The notes: generated by a model from the sequence alone, not told the origin. Shown: positions 1-10,977, counted from the stretch's first letter. The stretch: 64,000 nucleotides of DNA from Candidatus Poribacteria bacterium (GCA_965208675.1 OZ242351.1:128001-192000), one strand, 5' to 3'. Numbers and translations are program-made.

Positions 1-1
1 T

Positions 2-1219
2 CTACTTTTTCACTGCTCCGAACGTAACGCCGCGAAGGAGATGCGCCCGCATAAGGAACGTGAAAATCGCAACGGGCAACAGAAACACAAAGGTCTTTGC
101 CGCAATCTGCCCCCACTCTATGCCGCCAGAACCAATTTCGCTCGGTATTGAAGGTGGTGCCGTTACTGCTTTTCCGCCAACTTCCGTCAAGACTAGCGCA
201 AACACAAACTCATTCCACGCGGTGATTAAACAGAAGACCGCCGTGGCAGCGATACCTGTCACGGATTGTGGGAGAACAACCTTGACAAAAGTTTGAAAGC
301 GAGTATACCCGTCGACAAGTGCGGCGTCTTCATACTCTTTCGGGATTTCATCAATGAAGCCTTTCATCAGCCAAACAGCGAAGGAGACGTTAAAAGTTGT
401 ATAAAGTAGGATGAGTCCAAAGTGAGTATCGCGCAACCCCAGCGCACTGTACATCAGATAAATCGGGATGACCACAACCACGGGCGGAAGCATGCGGGTA
501 CTCAGAATAAAGAAGAGCAAATCTTCTTTTCCCGCTACCTTAAACCGTGAAAAAGCATAAGCCGACAATGTGCCTAACGAAACGGCGAGTAGAGTGCTAG
601 CAAATCCAATGATGATACTATTCGACAGTTGATGGAAAAATTTTGATCCGCTGTAGGCAAGCGACAAGCAAACTGCAATGACTGACAGGATGACATGGCT
701 AATAAAAGAATACCGAATTAGTTTGAGGTCTGTTCTCTTTTTCGGAGAGATCAACAGGTAAGCGGCGACGCCGTAGATAATTAGCATCAGGAAGTTATAG
801 CGGAGTGTGGCTACAAACGCATACATGCAGGTTAAAACCAGCACCCCGCTCCAAATATGCGTGAACCGGAACATGAGTGCCTTACTTCGAACAAGTGGGA
901 GAAGGCACAATATTCCCACAAAAGCCTGTGTTACAAAAATATACGTGAGGATTTCCACTTCAGCCGGCATCAAAGCTTGATAATGATCTGACGTCCATTC
1001 AAATAGTAACAATTTTGGCGTTTTGTCATGAATATCGCCCGATGCCTTCAATGAGGTGGTCACGATCCAGTAGATCGGGATCAAATAGACAATAGCAGCT
1101 ATCGCTATCAGAACCAGCGCTGTGTGATGCCGCAGTCTTTTGCGCCTTGCTCCGTGCGATCGGATTTTGGGGCTTTTAATGCCGTCCCGCGGAATTTCAC
1201 CTCCCGCAATTCGAGACAT
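2..1219 (-). CDS. Carbohydrate ABC transporter permease (MalG/UgpE-like) with extra N-terminal transmembrane insertion
   Basis: EAA-like loop (EYEDAALVDG), AWNEF motif, C-terminal LLRGVTFGAVK; third gene of the ABC operon. Confidence 0.9.
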   Translation of the reverse strand: MSRIAGGEIPRDGIKSPKIRSHGARRKRLRHHTALVLIAIAAIVYLIPIYWIVTTSLKASGDIHDKTPKLLLFEWTSDHYQALMPAEVEILTYIFVTQAFVGILCLLPLVRSKALMFRFTHIWSGVLVLTCMYAFVATLRYNFLMLIIYGVAAYLLISPKKRTDLKLIRYSFISHVILSVIAVCLSLAYSGSKFFHQLSNSIIIGFASTLLAVSLGTLSAYAFSRFKVAGKEDLLFFILSTRMLPPVVVVIPIYLMYSALGLRDTHFGLILLYTTFNVSFAVWLMKGFIDEIPKEYEDAALVDGYTRFQTFVKVVLPQSVTGIAATAVFCLITAWNEFVFALVLTEVGGKAVTAPPSIPSEIGSGGIEWGQIAAKTFVFLLPVAIFTFLMRAHLLRGVTFGAVKK

Positions 1220-1220
1220 T

Positions 1221-2135
1221 TTATGCCTCCCGCAATCGGTTCAGATATTTAACATAGATGTTGCTGAGTGCCACAATGACAATTAAAAGAATGTATGCCA
1301 TAGCACACGCTTTTCCTGTGTTGTAGCTTCGAAACGCCAACCTGTATAAATTCATCGAAACAGTCTCGGTCGCGGTGCCCGGTCCCCCTTCATGCGTGAG
1401 CACATAAACGATGTCAAACATTTTGAAAGCGTCCATCGTGCGAAACAGCAGGGCAATTAGGAGAAGTGGGGACACCAACGGTAAGGTAATTTGACGAAAT
1501 TTGAACCAGCCGGATGCGCGATCCACGTCCGCTGCTTCATAGAGGTATTTTGGGACAGCCGAGAGTCCGGCTAAAGAGATAAGCATCATAAATGGCGACC
1601 ACATCCACGTATCGACAATAACAACAGCAATCATCGCCATGTTTGGACTTGTTGTCCAAGGAATCGAATCGCGGTTTAAAGCGTTCAGGAGTGGGCTTAG
1701 AAAATAGTTGACCAATCCTGAAGCATCAGAGGCCAAAATGAAGCGCCAGAACAACCCGACAACTACGGGGGAGAGCATCATCGGAAGGAGAATCAGCGTT
1801 GTCACGAAACCCTTATATCTAAATTTGCGGTTAAGCAACAGTGCCAGCCCGAATCCGATGATAAATTGCGCCGTAACCGCGAGCACGACAAAATAAGCAG
1901 TCGTTCGGAAATACTCCCATATTTCGGGATCTGAGAGCAATTGCGCGTAGTTGCGAACGCCGATGAATTTTGGGAGGCGATTGGGAAGTGAAGCCTTATA
2001 ACGATGAAAACTTAGATATAACGACCACAGAAGCGGGAATATATTCATCAAGATGAGCAATATCATCGTTGGCATGATAAACGCCATCTTGATTTGATAA
2101 TCGCTCAATCCACGAGCAAAACGAAGTTTTTGCAT
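1221..2135 (-). CDS. Carbohydrate ABC transporter permease (MalF/UgpA-like)
   Basis: LYEAADVDRAS...FRQITLP EAA motif, GGPG motif, about 6 TM segments. Confidence 0.93.
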   Translation of the reverse strand: MQKLRFARGLSDYQIKMAFIMPTMILLILMNIFPLLWSLYLSFHRYKASLPNRLPKFIGVRNYAQLLSDPEIWEYFRTTAYFVVLAVTAQFIIGFGLALLLNRKFRYKGFVTTLILLPMMLSPVVVGLFWRFILASDASGLVNYFLSPLLNALNRDSIPWTTSPNMAMIAVVIVDTWMWSPFMMLISLAGLSAVPKYLYEAADVDRASGWFKFRQITLPLVSPLLLIALLFRTMDAFKMFDIVYVLTHEGGPGTATETVSMNLYRLAFRSYNTGKACAMAYILLIVIVALSNIYVKYLNRLREA

Positions 2136-2168
2136 AGATTCTATTGTGCAAATCAGTCAAGACGTAAA

Positions 2169-3485
2169 TTACTCGTCGTAGTAGCCCGCTTCTTCAAAAA
2201 TATGTTCATGTTTCCGGGCAATCTGATCCAAAGCCGCTTTTGGCAATTTAGCGCCGACAATCACCGCGTTCCAGTTTGTTTGGCATACTTCTAGAAGGTC
2301 TGCGTACTCAGGCACTGCCCAGAAGTCCTTTAGGTAAGGCATGCTATCTGAAAACTCCTGATTGAACGGGGTTGCGTTCAGGAAAGTTTCCGACTGTAAA
2401 ACCTCCCTATGCGGTGTGAAACCGCCGAGCATTGCCCATTTTTCCTGTACCGCTTTCTGAATAAACCATTTCATGTACTGTTTAGCGACCGATTTGTTCT
2501 TCGAATAAGAAGAAATAGACATCCCTTGACCGCCGATGCTGATGCAGTGACCTTTAGGGCCTTTCGGCGCGATAAAGAAACCCGTCTTATCGTAATACTT
2601 TGGATTCTGCTTCGGATCAATCGCTCCGGCGAAAAAGGCAAAATAATTCATAGCCATTGCGACCTTCCCTGCCTTATAGGCATCTAAAACCTGCTGCCAA
2701 TAGTAATTCGGTGCATCGGGAGGGGCGAACTTTATGAGTCGCGCGTAATATTCCAACGCCTTCACGGAATCTTCGTTGTTAATATAACCGTCGACCCTGT
2801 ACGTGTGCGGGTCGCCGTAAGACCCGCCAAACGACCACATCACCTGCTGGAACCCCATGGTGATGCCGTCGTATTCTTTACTGAAGTATGCCGCAATCCC
2901 GTAGAGATCTGGAGCTCGAGTGAAGAATTCGGCAATATCGCGCAGTTCCTTGTATGTTGCCGGCGGGGCTAACGCATATCCGTATTTGGCTTCGAACGCC
3001 GCTTGTTCCTTCGAATCTTCAAATAGGTCTTTTCGGTACATAAATCCGTTGATGTCCACTTGCGCAGGAAGCGCCCAATATTTCTTGCTCCCTTTCGGAT
3101 ACTCTGCAAAGGCTGTCACTGCTGTATCGGAAATCGAACTGACATCAATGTTGCCATTCATCCACTCCGTCAGCTCAATGTAATGTCCACCAACAGAGTT
3201 TCTGCCAAGCCACTGGCTATCGCCAATGACAATATCATAGAGATCGCTCTTTCCAACAAACGCGGCAGAAATCTTCTCCTGAAAACTCCCCCACGGAATT
3301 TGAACTACGTTGACCGCAATCCCCGTTTCTGCCGTAAAATCCTTTGATAGCTCATCAAGATAGTCCGCGGGCGCCCATTCTGCCCAAACGACGGTCAACG
3401 GTTTTTGTGCATTTGTCGAGGGGGCGAGCAAAATTATAGCGCTTATGGCAACTACGAAAATATAGATGTGTGATTTTTTCATCAA
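2169..3485 (-). CDS. Sugar ABC transporter substrate-binding protein
   Basis: Signal peptide (…STNA-Q), YRKDLFE motif, directly upstream of two permeases; GGAGGAG SD upstream (start 3485 or 3482). Confidence 0.9.
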   Translation of the reverse strand: MMKKSHIYIFVVAISAIILLAPSTNAQKPLTVVWAEWAPADYLDELSKDFTAETGIAVNVVQIPWGSFQEKISAAFVGKSDLYDIVIGDSQWLGRNSVGGHYIELTEWMNGNIDVSSISDTAVTAFAEYPKGSKKYWALPAQVDINGFMYRKDLFEDSKEQAAFEAKYGYALAPPATYKELRDIAEFFTRAPDLYGIAAYFSKEYDGITMGFQQVMWSFGGSYGDPHTYRVDGYINNEDSVKALEYYARLIKFAPPDAPNYYWQQVLDAYKAGKVAMAMNYFAFFAGAIDPKQNPKYYDKTGFFIAPKGPKGHCISIGGQGMSISSYSKNKSVAKQYMKWFIQKAVQEKWAMLGGFTPHREVLQSETFLNATPFNQEFSDSMPYLKDFWAVPEYADLLEVCQTNWNAVIVGAKLPKAALDQIARKHEHIFEEAGYYDE

Positions 3486-3722
3486 TCTCCTCCTAAATTA
3501 GTCGTTGAGGTAAAGCAGTTCAGAAATAAAAACTAAGGAAACTGCCGTGCGGGGTTATAACAATTCGTCATCTAACATTAGATTTTTCTGATCAAAATTG
3601 GACCAATGCCTGAGAATATTCGAGCGTACAAAAGGGTGCAATGCGTGCCGAGAAAATGTTAACGTGCAGCGCATTGGTTAGGTCTTTCGCTGCATTTGCT
3701 CAACGGGATATTATCACGATTT

Positions 3723-5753
3723 TCATATTTCATTCAATGAAAAATCCTCCTTGCGGGGTGGATTTTGACTTTCCGGGAAATCGAAAAGATCGGCAATCTG
3801 CGCGATTTTTTCGGGATGCCCAAGCAGATATACTTCATCATCAACCTCTATCCGCATGTCTCCATGTGGATTCGGTAAAACTTGTCCGTTCCGGAGGATT
3901 GCAACGACCGATACCTGGTATGCCTTTCGTAAAGAAATTTCCTCAAGTGTTTTGTCAACAAAAGGGGATCTCTTATCAACGCGTAAAACTGAAATCTCAA
4001 AATCGGGAAGATGCACGTCCCGGTTGGGAAGGGACAACGAATCCTTCGATGGAGTGCGGAATATCTTATAACCATCGGCACGCACGTCGGCAATGAACCG
4101 TTCTATCTCATCGTGCGGCACGAGGTATTCCATCAATACCCGAGTGAATATCTCGACCGAAGTCTCAAACTCCTCCGGAATCACTTCGTTCGCACCGGCA
4201 TGATATAGCGGTTCTACCTCAGCTATATGGCGAGTTCTGACGATTATATGCGCCACGGGATTCAATGCACGGGCGGTTCCTACGATTCGGCGCGAGGACG
4301 CGTCGTCCGAAATTGCTACGACAACGACACGCGAGGACTTGATGTTTGCATGGTGTAGCACAGCATCGTGAACAGCATCACCGAAGAAAATGGGCTCGCC
4401 ATTTGTCCGGGCAGAACGCACAATTTCATTATTCATTTCAATAACGACATACGGTAGGTCTGCTGCCGCAGCCGCCTTTGCAACGTTTTTGCCGTTGATA
4501 CCGAAGCCGATAATTATGATATGGTTACTTTGCTCCGGATTGGGTTTCGAGTGGGTTTGCCTCAATCCTGACACCAGTCGTTTCGGAAGCCGCAATCGCA
4601 ATATCCCGTCGGCAACTCGCCCGGATACCGAGACGATAATCGGTGTTGCCGCCATTGTTATAACTGATACAGCTAGAAACAGTTCATAATTTGCTTCGCT
4701 GAGTAAACCGTGTTTTATACCCTCATTCGACAGGATAAATGCAAATTCTCCAACTTGACTAAGTGTGAGTCCCGCAAGGATTGCCGTGCGCAATGGATAT
4801 CCAATACTGGAGGTTACTGCGCCTGCGACGATGCTCTTTGCAACCAATACGCCGATTGTAAGGCCGGCAATCAAAAATGGCTTTTCGATTAGAACGTGAA
4901 AATCGAATAGCATTCCTACTGATACGAAGAAAAAACTGGTGAACACATCCCGAAACGGTGAAATATGACCCAGCGCGTCGTGGCTGGATTCCGATTCGGA
5001 GACAATCAGTCCTGCGAGAAATGCGCCAAGTGCCAATGAGACACCGAAAATTGACGTCACCCACGTGACAGCTAAGCATATGGCGAGAACGCTCAATAAA
5101 AAAACTTCGCGGCTCCGCGTCCGCAGCACCTGCGAAAGCATTAACGGGACAACGTATTTTGCTCCCACAATTACCACGACAACCATCACCGCGCCCTTTG
5201 CCAACAGCGAAATGAGCGCTTGGTTCACGTCACTCGCTTCGCCGGCAAGAACTGGAGTAATCAATATCATGGGTACAATTGCGATATCTTGGAAAATTAG
5301 GATTCCCAGTGCCGTACGTCCGTGAGGTGTTCGCGTTTCATCTCGCTCTTGTAGAAGTTTCATCACAATAACCGTACTGCTTACGGCCGAAAGGCATCCT
5401 ACGAATATCGCTTGGTTGGCAAGCATGCCAAATTGCCGAGCGATGATAAACGTTGTTAATAGCGTAAATCCAACCTGCAGCGGTCCGCCTATAAGTACGG
5501 TACGCTTGGCCTGAAGCAGATAACCCAACGAAAATTCAATCCCGATAGTGAACAACAGCAAGATGATTCCCACCTCCGCTAGAATCTCTACTTCACCATC
5601 GGCCTGAACCAGCGCCAAACCATGAGGTCCAGCTATCAGTCCCGTCAAAAGAAATCCGACAATCGCAGGCACATGGAGCCTATGGCAGATAAGCAAACAA
5701 CAAATAGATAAGACGAAAATGATGCAGATGTCGTAAAGCAAAGGAATTTCCAT
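3723..5753 (-). CDS. CPA2 family cation:proton antiporter (Kef-like) with TrkA-N and TrkA-C domains
   Basis: LLFTIGIEFS, LIFQD, LSQVGEFAF transporter motifs; IIGFGING Rossmann motif; C-terminal RCK_C. Confidence 0.93.
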   Translation of the reverse strand: MEIPLLYDICIIFVLSICCLLICHRLHVPAIVGFLLTGLIAGPHGLALVQADGEVEILAEVGIILLLFTIGIEFSLGYLLQAKRTVLIGGPLQVGFTLLTTFIIARQFGMLANQAIFVGCLSAVSSTVIVMKLLQERDETRTPHGRTALGILIFQDIAIVPMILITPVLAGEASDVNQALISLLAKGAVMVVVVIVGAKYVVPLMLSQVLRTRSREVFLLSVLAICLAVTWVTSIFGVSLALGAFLAGLIVSESESSHDALGHISPFRDVFTSFFFVSVGMLFDFHVLIEKPFLIAGLTIGVLVAKSIVAGAVTSSIGYPLRTAILAGLTLSQVGEFAFILSNEGIKHGLLSEANYELFLAVSVITMAATPIIVSVSGRVADGILRLRLPKRLVSGLRQTHSKPNPEQSNHIIIIGFGINGKNVAKAAAAADLPYVVIEMNNEIVRSARTNGEPIFFGDAVHDAVLHHANIKSSRVVVVAISDDASSRRIVGTARALNPVAHIIVRTRHIAEVEPLYHAGANEVIPEEFETSVEIFTRVLMEYLVPHDEIERFIADVRADGYKIFRTPSKDSLSLPNRDVHLPDFEISVLRVDKRSPFVDKTLEEISLRKAYQVSVVAILRNGQVLPNPHGDMRIEVDDEVYLLGHPEKIAQIADLFDFPESQNPPRKEDFSLNEI

Positions 5754-6155
5754 AATTAATCCATGCTTTAATAAATGGTGACAACAAAGATTGGTTCAAT
5801 TAAATTCGTCGTAGGGGAACCCTTCATTCAAATCACCGATCAAACTCTCCCGCCAAAAGCACTACCTGCGAAAGTTCTATCCAAATTTTTGCGCGCTGCA
5901 TTCTTCTAATGCCGGATACATGTTTGAATCGGGGTAATCATTCCAGAATCTACTGATAGCAGCAAACCGCGATTTGCGGTGAAAAGGCAGGAAGTCGTTC
6001 GGGTTGATAGTTGAGACAATGCTTACTTGAGGTAAATTACTAATTCACACTTCTTCGAGCCGCATCGACTGTAATCATATCAATGATGCGTGAACAACTA
6101 AATTGACAATATTCCCCGCTTTACATGCTCGCATTGGCAAATTGCTTGCATCGTG

Positions 6156-6584
6156 TTAATTCGGTTGCACAAACTCGATGAGGATACCGTCAGGGGCTTT
6201 TGCGCAAGCAACGCCCACAGCATCCGGTGCGTCGACAGGATCAGCCACAAACTCTACTCCTTTCCGTTTGAGTTTTTTGACGGTTCCCTCAATATCGTCG
6301 ACGAGAATTGTTAGCCAACCTAAACCGGCACCAAAACTGTGTTCGGGAGGCGATGGCGGCATTTCAATATCCATCAGTTTAATCAGTGTGTTACCAGCCT
6401 GCACTCGGACTTGATGAAATCCACGCGGCGCAAGACCGACTTTTTGCGCCAACGGCGCGGAAATGTCGAGTTCCATTACAATCTCCAAGCCTAGCAACTC
6501 GTGGTAGAATCGAAGCGATTCCTCGAAATTACTGCAGGTGATGGCAATATCAACGGTTGGACGTTTCAGTTTGAGTATGGACAT
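6156..6584 (-). CDS. VOC/glyoxalase family protein
   Basis: SLRFYHELLGL and PDGILIEFVQ motifs; start moved to ATG 6584, which has a GGAGG SD. Confidence 0.85.
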   Translation of the reverse strand: MSILKLKRPTVDIAITCSNFEESLRFYHELLGLEIVMELDISAPLAQKVGLAPRGFHQVRVQAGNTLIKLMDIEMPPSPPEHSFGAGLGWLTILVDDIEGTVKKLKRKGVEFVADPVDAPDAVGVACAKAPDGILIEFVQPN

Positions 6585-6747
6585 AAAAACCTCCGTTTTT
6601 TTTTTGGATTTCAAGATTGGAATGCGAATATCGCTCAAAAATCACCCGATCGAAATGGCACCGACTACCGCGCGGGTGTCCGTCAGGTAGGAAAACTCGG
6701 CGGGATTGGTGTAGCCCTTCCAAAGGCTATCCGCTTCTGAAGGGCTT

Positions 6748-7791
6748 CTAATCATGACAGTGTCCATAGTGATAGTGCAGGCGGAGTAGATCCAAACCGA
6801 AATCATCCTCCAAATGGCGCCAGACCGAATGGATATGATTCGCGTCGTTTTGCGTATTGTCATATTCCACAAAAAATGACGGTCCGTGAATCCGATAGTA
6901 ATGCGCTGCGCCGCGTTCCAATCTGCCTGCCCAGGCGAAGTGAATGTCGTTTAATCCGTCATGACGCAACTTTTGTGTTTCAATTGCAGCCAGTGAATCT
7001 GGAAGCCGATCGATGTACGTTCGTACGAGATTCATCAATGAGCCGCGCTGGTCGGAAGTCATCAAATCCGCTGCCAACCCTTCAGCAGCCTCAAACTCTA
7101 ATTTCGGGGCAGCCTTCGTGATAATGTCTCTGGGCGCTATCGTCGTGATAACGGTTTTCTTTTTTTGTTCACCGTTCAGACTGTCCAAAAGAAGACGCGC
7201 AAAATCTTCCTCCGTCGATAAGATGCGCAAACCCGTCTTGGGTCCGAATCTCACCTGTGCGGGGTTGGATCCGAAGAAGAAAGGTGTCGGTGCGATTAAC
7301 GCTCGGTTCACGATTGTATAATTAACCGAGATATGATGCCCTTCCGTGCGCCAGCCCCATGGCTTTGTGTTTGTGGGATCGCCGAACACGCTGAAATAAT
7401 AGAGATTCGGTATTCGGGCAAACCGAGCCGTACCGTCCATGCGCTCCAGGTCGCCTAGGGTGGATTCCAAGTCTATAATTGCCCTAGCCTTTTCGTACCC
7501 CTTTTGACTTAATCCGCAACTGAGCAACCCAAGTGCCGCTGCCTGCTGCCTTTCATTCATCTCTTTCAGCGGTAAACCCTTGCGTTCAAAATTCTCCCGC
7601 GGAAAGTAATGCCAACGGCGGCGCTCATCCACGTCGAATGCAAACTCTGCCTTTTGTCTCAAATTCGGCGTCAGTGAATCTAAGAATTGTACGCAGAATG
7701 ACGCCATCTTATCTGCGACTTCTGACGCGGAAATCAGCGATGGAACGGTCGGTATGCGCGTATTTTCTTGTGTATGCGTGTGTTCTGCCAT
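6748..7791 (-). CDS. DUF3500 domain protein
   Basis: WGWRTEGHHISVN and NHIHSVWR motifs; ATG 7791 with GGAG SD (ORF track starts at 7806). Confidence 0.85.
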   Translation of the reverse strand: MAEHTHTQENTRIPTVPSLISASEVADKMASFCVQFLDSLTPNLRQKAEFAFDVDERRRWHYFPRENFERKGLPLKEMNERQQAAALGLLSCGLSQKGYEKARAIIDLESTLGDLERMDGTARFARIPNLYYFSVFGDPTNTKPWGWRTEGHHISVNYTIVNRALIAPTPFFFGSNPAQVRFGPKTGLRILSTEEDFARLLLDSLNGEQKKKTVITTIAPRDIITKAAPKLEFEAAEGLAADLMTSDQRGSLMNLVRTYIDRLPDSLAAIETQKLRHDGLNDIHFAWAGRLERGAAHYYRIHGPSFFVEYDNTQNDANHIHSVWRHLEDDFGLDLLRLHYHYGHCHD

Positions 7792-7988
7792 GCTGTAAAT
7801 CTCCAATTAAACGCTAATGACAATACCGCGTGAATACACGATCGCCGTAATTCTCAAAATTATGCGGCAATTGCACACACAACAGTGTCTCTTAAATGTC
7901 AAATCTTCTTATTTCACGATTTAAAAACTGACGCAAATTTGATTCAGATTAGACAGGTTATATGAATACCTTCAAATCCGTGGGCTTC

Positions 7989-8999
7989 CTAATCGTTCTT
8001 GGATGATTTTTGCCGATCACAATCATGCTCAATCTGATTTACTGGATAACGGGGACGCTCACCGCTCAATACCCGCACCACCTCTTCCGCGGACCAGGCG
8101 CGCATATCTCGGCCTGAAGCTTCCGAGTACCAACCAATATGCGGCGTAATCATAATTCTCTCGTCGCGCAAAAGTGGGTCATCAAGCGGCGGTGGTTCGG
8201 CCAACAATGCGTCGAGTGCGGCACCTGCAATTTGCCCAACTTCAACCGCACGCAGCAGCGCATTTTCATCAACTAGGCCGCCCCTTGCAGTGTTAATTAG
8301 GAACGCTGACGGCTTCATGAGCGACAACGCTTTCGCATCAATGATGTGGTGAGTGGCGTTTGACAGAGGCATATGCAGCGTCAAAAAGTCGGAGGTGCGA
8401 AGAATTGTTTCAAAATCAACTGACCGCACGCCCATCTCCCGCATTGATGTTGCATCAACGAAAGGGTCGTGGGCGGTAACCGAAAGGCCCAACCCAATCC
8501 CTTTTTTCGCAACTGCGCGGCCGATTCTGCCAAACCCCAAGACACCCAATTTCTGGTCTGCGAGCCGCTCAAGCGGCCGAACTAACATCGAATCCCATAT
8601 TCCTTGGCGGGTCATTTCGACCAGACGCGGGATTCGTCTGACATAAGCCAGCAGCAGTGCAATGGCGTGCGTAGATACCTCGTCCACTGAGTAATCAGGT
8701 ACGTTCGTCACCCAGATGCCGTATTTGGTCGCGGCTCCCACATCAATGTTGTCAACGCCTGTACCCGCGCGGCTCACGATTCGACACCGGCGCAGACGAC
8801 TCAACAATTCGCCGGATACCATTTGTCTTGCGACGATTAAAGCATCAGCCTCGATAGCGGCTTCAATCGCTTCTGGTGTGGTGAGGTTTCGCAGGTATAA
8901 TACGGTTGCTCCAATAGCGCTAAGTACGCTCTCTTCAACGGTCGCATCGGTAAATTCGTCGTGGGCAACTACGACGATTGGTTTCATGGCATACCTCAT
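7989..8999 (-). CDS. D-isomer-specific 2-hydroxyacid dehydrogenase (SerA/CtBP-like)
   Basis: GTGVDNID, GFGRIG, INTARGGLVDE and TPHIGW motifs. Confidence 0.9.
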   Translation of the reverse strand: MRYAMKPIVVVAHDEFTDATVEESVLSAIGATVLYLRNLTTPEAIEAAIEADALIVARQMVSGELLSRLRRCRIVSRAGTGVDNIDVGAATKYGIWVTNVPDYSVDEVSTHAIALLLAYVRRIPRLVEMTRQGIWDSMLVRPLERLADQKLGVLGFGRIGRAVAKKGIGLGLSVTAHDPFVDATSMREMGVRSVDFETILRTSDFLTLHMPLSNATHHIIDAKALSLMKPSAFLINTARGGLVDENALLRAVEVGQIAGAALDALLAEPPPLDDPLLRDERIMITPHIGWYSEASGRDMRAWSAEEVVRVLSGERPRYPVNQIEHDCDRQKSSKND

Positions 9000-9038
9000 G
9001 TATGGGAATCAAGTGGAGTAACATCAAAAGGAACAAAA

Positions 9039-10010
9039 TTACGCCGCTTCTGCATTCAATATTTCAAGGAAAGCCGTCATGTAACCAATCGTATACGCCC
9101 GTCCTCGATGGTCCCACGGTGTATCATCGACGACATGCGGGACGTGATCGGGAATCATGAAACCGTTAAATCCGACTGACTTCAAAGTCTTCATGACTGC
9201 AAACATATCGCAGTTGCCTTCATTGACGAACGCTTCGGCAAATTTCGGCACATGACCTTGGACATCGCGGAAGTGTACGTAAAATATTTTACCTCGCTCG
9301 CCAAAATATCGTATCGCATCGATTACTCCAGGGCCCATCTCCGACCATGAACCGACGCAGAAATCCAAGCCGTGTATTTGACTGTCCCCAATTTCCATCC
9401 CTCTCTTGAATCCCTCAAAGTTACGGAAAAGACGCGGCACGCCGGCCAACGATTCCACCGGCGGATCGTCCGGATGAAGCGCAAGTTTCACGCCAACCTC
9501 TTCGGCAACCGGGAGAATCGCCTTCATGTAGTATTCATAGTTATCCCACATTTCTTTTTCACTGAAGACCCGTCCGTGAGAAAGTGGCGCGTCTTTGACA
9601 AGCGCTAAATCGAAGCTTGTGACGGTTGCACCGCCCCGACTAGGCGTTTTACTGGAAGTGCGCCACACACTATTCGGCATCCAATGGTAACCGAATGTCT
9701 CTACGCCTGCCCTTCCCATATTGCGGATGGTAATCGCCATGTTCTCAATTTGTTCGTCCCGGCCAGGCAAACCGAGCATAATCTTGTCGTAGAATTGAAT
9801 CGGAACATTTTCAAGCGCACCTAACCGTAAACCGGCATTTTCAATCTGGGTGCGTAGGTGCAGCACATCCTCAAATTCCCAGCGCGTGTCACCGGGCAAC
9901 GCTGGGGTATTGAGAAGTACATCATCAACGCCAAGTTGCTTGATAAACTTGAGCCGTTCTTCGCTTAACTGGTTGAATTGGCCCAAACCGAGCCGCATTT
10001 GACGTTCCAT
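9039..10010 (-). CDS. uxuA: Mannonate dehydratase
   Basis: LALHPDDPP, VHFRDV and PDHVP motifs. Confidence 0.85.
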   Translation of the reverse strand: MERQMRLGLGQFNQLSEERLKFIKQLGVDDVLLNTPALPGDTRWEFEDVLHLRTQIENAGLRLGALENVPIQFYDKIMLGLPGRDEQIENMAITIRNMGRAGVETFGYHWMPNSVWRTSSKTPSRGGATVTSFDLALVKDAPLSHGRVFSEKEMWDNYEYYMKAILPVAEEVGVKLALHPDDPPVESLAGVPRLFRNFEGFKRGMEIGDSQIHGLDFCVGSWSEMGPGVIDAIRYFGERGKIFYVHFRDVQGHVPKFAEAFVNEGNCDMFAVMKTLKSVGFNGFMIPDHVPHVVDDTPWDHRGRAYTIGYMTAFLEILNAEAA

Positions 10011-10023
10011 AGCTCATCCTTAC

Positions 10024-10323
10024 TTAATGAAATGTTGCCACCTGAATTAGATTATTGCTAGAAATTGAACCTTCCTCATAGCAAGAATACCATTCGTTAG
10101 CATTTGGGATATTCACCATGTCCGCTTCCGCCTTCTTAGCATCGTCCTTTGATTTCCAATAAACGATGTCGGTATAGCCTCCATCGGTGTTTTTGTGAAT
10201 CTCCCATTTGATAAAACCCGATTGTTTACTCATCCAATTTTTGGCGATATCATTTGCGACATTTAATAATTTCTCTTCAGAAATATTCTCTGCTAACTTG
10301 TAACTAATCACATCCTTGTACAT
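10024..10323 (-). CDS. Small dimeric alpha-beta barrel (ABM-like) hypothetical protein, AT-rich
   Basis: QSGF...YTDIVYWKSKDDA pattern; ATG 10323 with AAGGA SD. Confidence 0.65.
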   Translation of the reverse strand: MYKDVISYKLAENISEEKLLNVANDIAKNWMSKQSGFIKWEIHKNTDGGYTDIVYWKSKDDAKKAEADMVNIPNANEWYSCYEEGSISSNNLIQVATFH

Positions 10324-10388
10324 AACCAACATCCTTAGGAAATTCCGACAAACCACCGATTAAACTTGAGTGCTCATTCGATGATGCA

Positions 10389-10838
10389 TTAGAATAGCTT
10401 AGTGCTGTCGAGCATTATTGTAACTGGACCATCGTTAATCAACTCGACATCCATCATCGCTTGGAAAATACCCGCTTTGACCGGCACATTCATACGCGTG
10501 ACGGTTTCTATGAATTCTTGATAGAGTGCGTTTCCTTTTTCTGGGTTCGCCGCCGCAATGAAGCTTGGACGCCTGCCTTTCCGGCAATCGCCATAGAGTG
10601 TAAATTGAGAAACAACAAGGAGTTCACCGCCGCTCTCAAGAAGTGATTCATTCATGCGGCCCGTTTTGTCTTCAAAAATTCGGAGATTGGCAATTTTATT
10701 TGCCAGATAAATTACATCGTTGGAGGTGTCATCCTGCCCAACGCCGAGGAAAACAAGCAAACCCTGACAAATCTCAGAAATGCACTCTCCCCCCACCTTT
10801 ACATTTGCAGATTTTACCCGTTGAACAACAGCTCTCAT
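10389..10838 (-). CDS. dtd: D-aminoacyl-tRNA deacylase
   Basis: MRAVVQRV, SQFTL and NDGPVT motifs. Confidence 0.97.
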   Translation of the reverse strand: MRAVVQRVKSANVKVGGECISEICQGLLVFLGVGQDDTSNDVIYLANKIANLRIFEDKTGRMNESLLESGGELLVVSQFTLYGDCRKGRRPSFIAAANPEKGNALYQEFIETVTRMNVPVKAGIFQAMMDVELINDGPVTIMLDSTKLF

Positions 10839-10977
10839 CGTTAACCGAAATTGTTGATAATCATTCAGATTTCCTCATCTTCGTGCGCATTATTCTAGCA
10901 CCGTTGATATAATTGTGCAAGCGAAACAAGCATGCGCACGGCATGGTCGCCGATCGCATGAATTAGGTGTTCAACGG

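Noticed and set aside
5754-6155. c-di-AMP, Na+ or fluoride riboswitch upstream of the Kef antiporter
   Set aside because: I could not match conserved riboswitch motifs on the coding strand by eye; an Rfam search would settle it.
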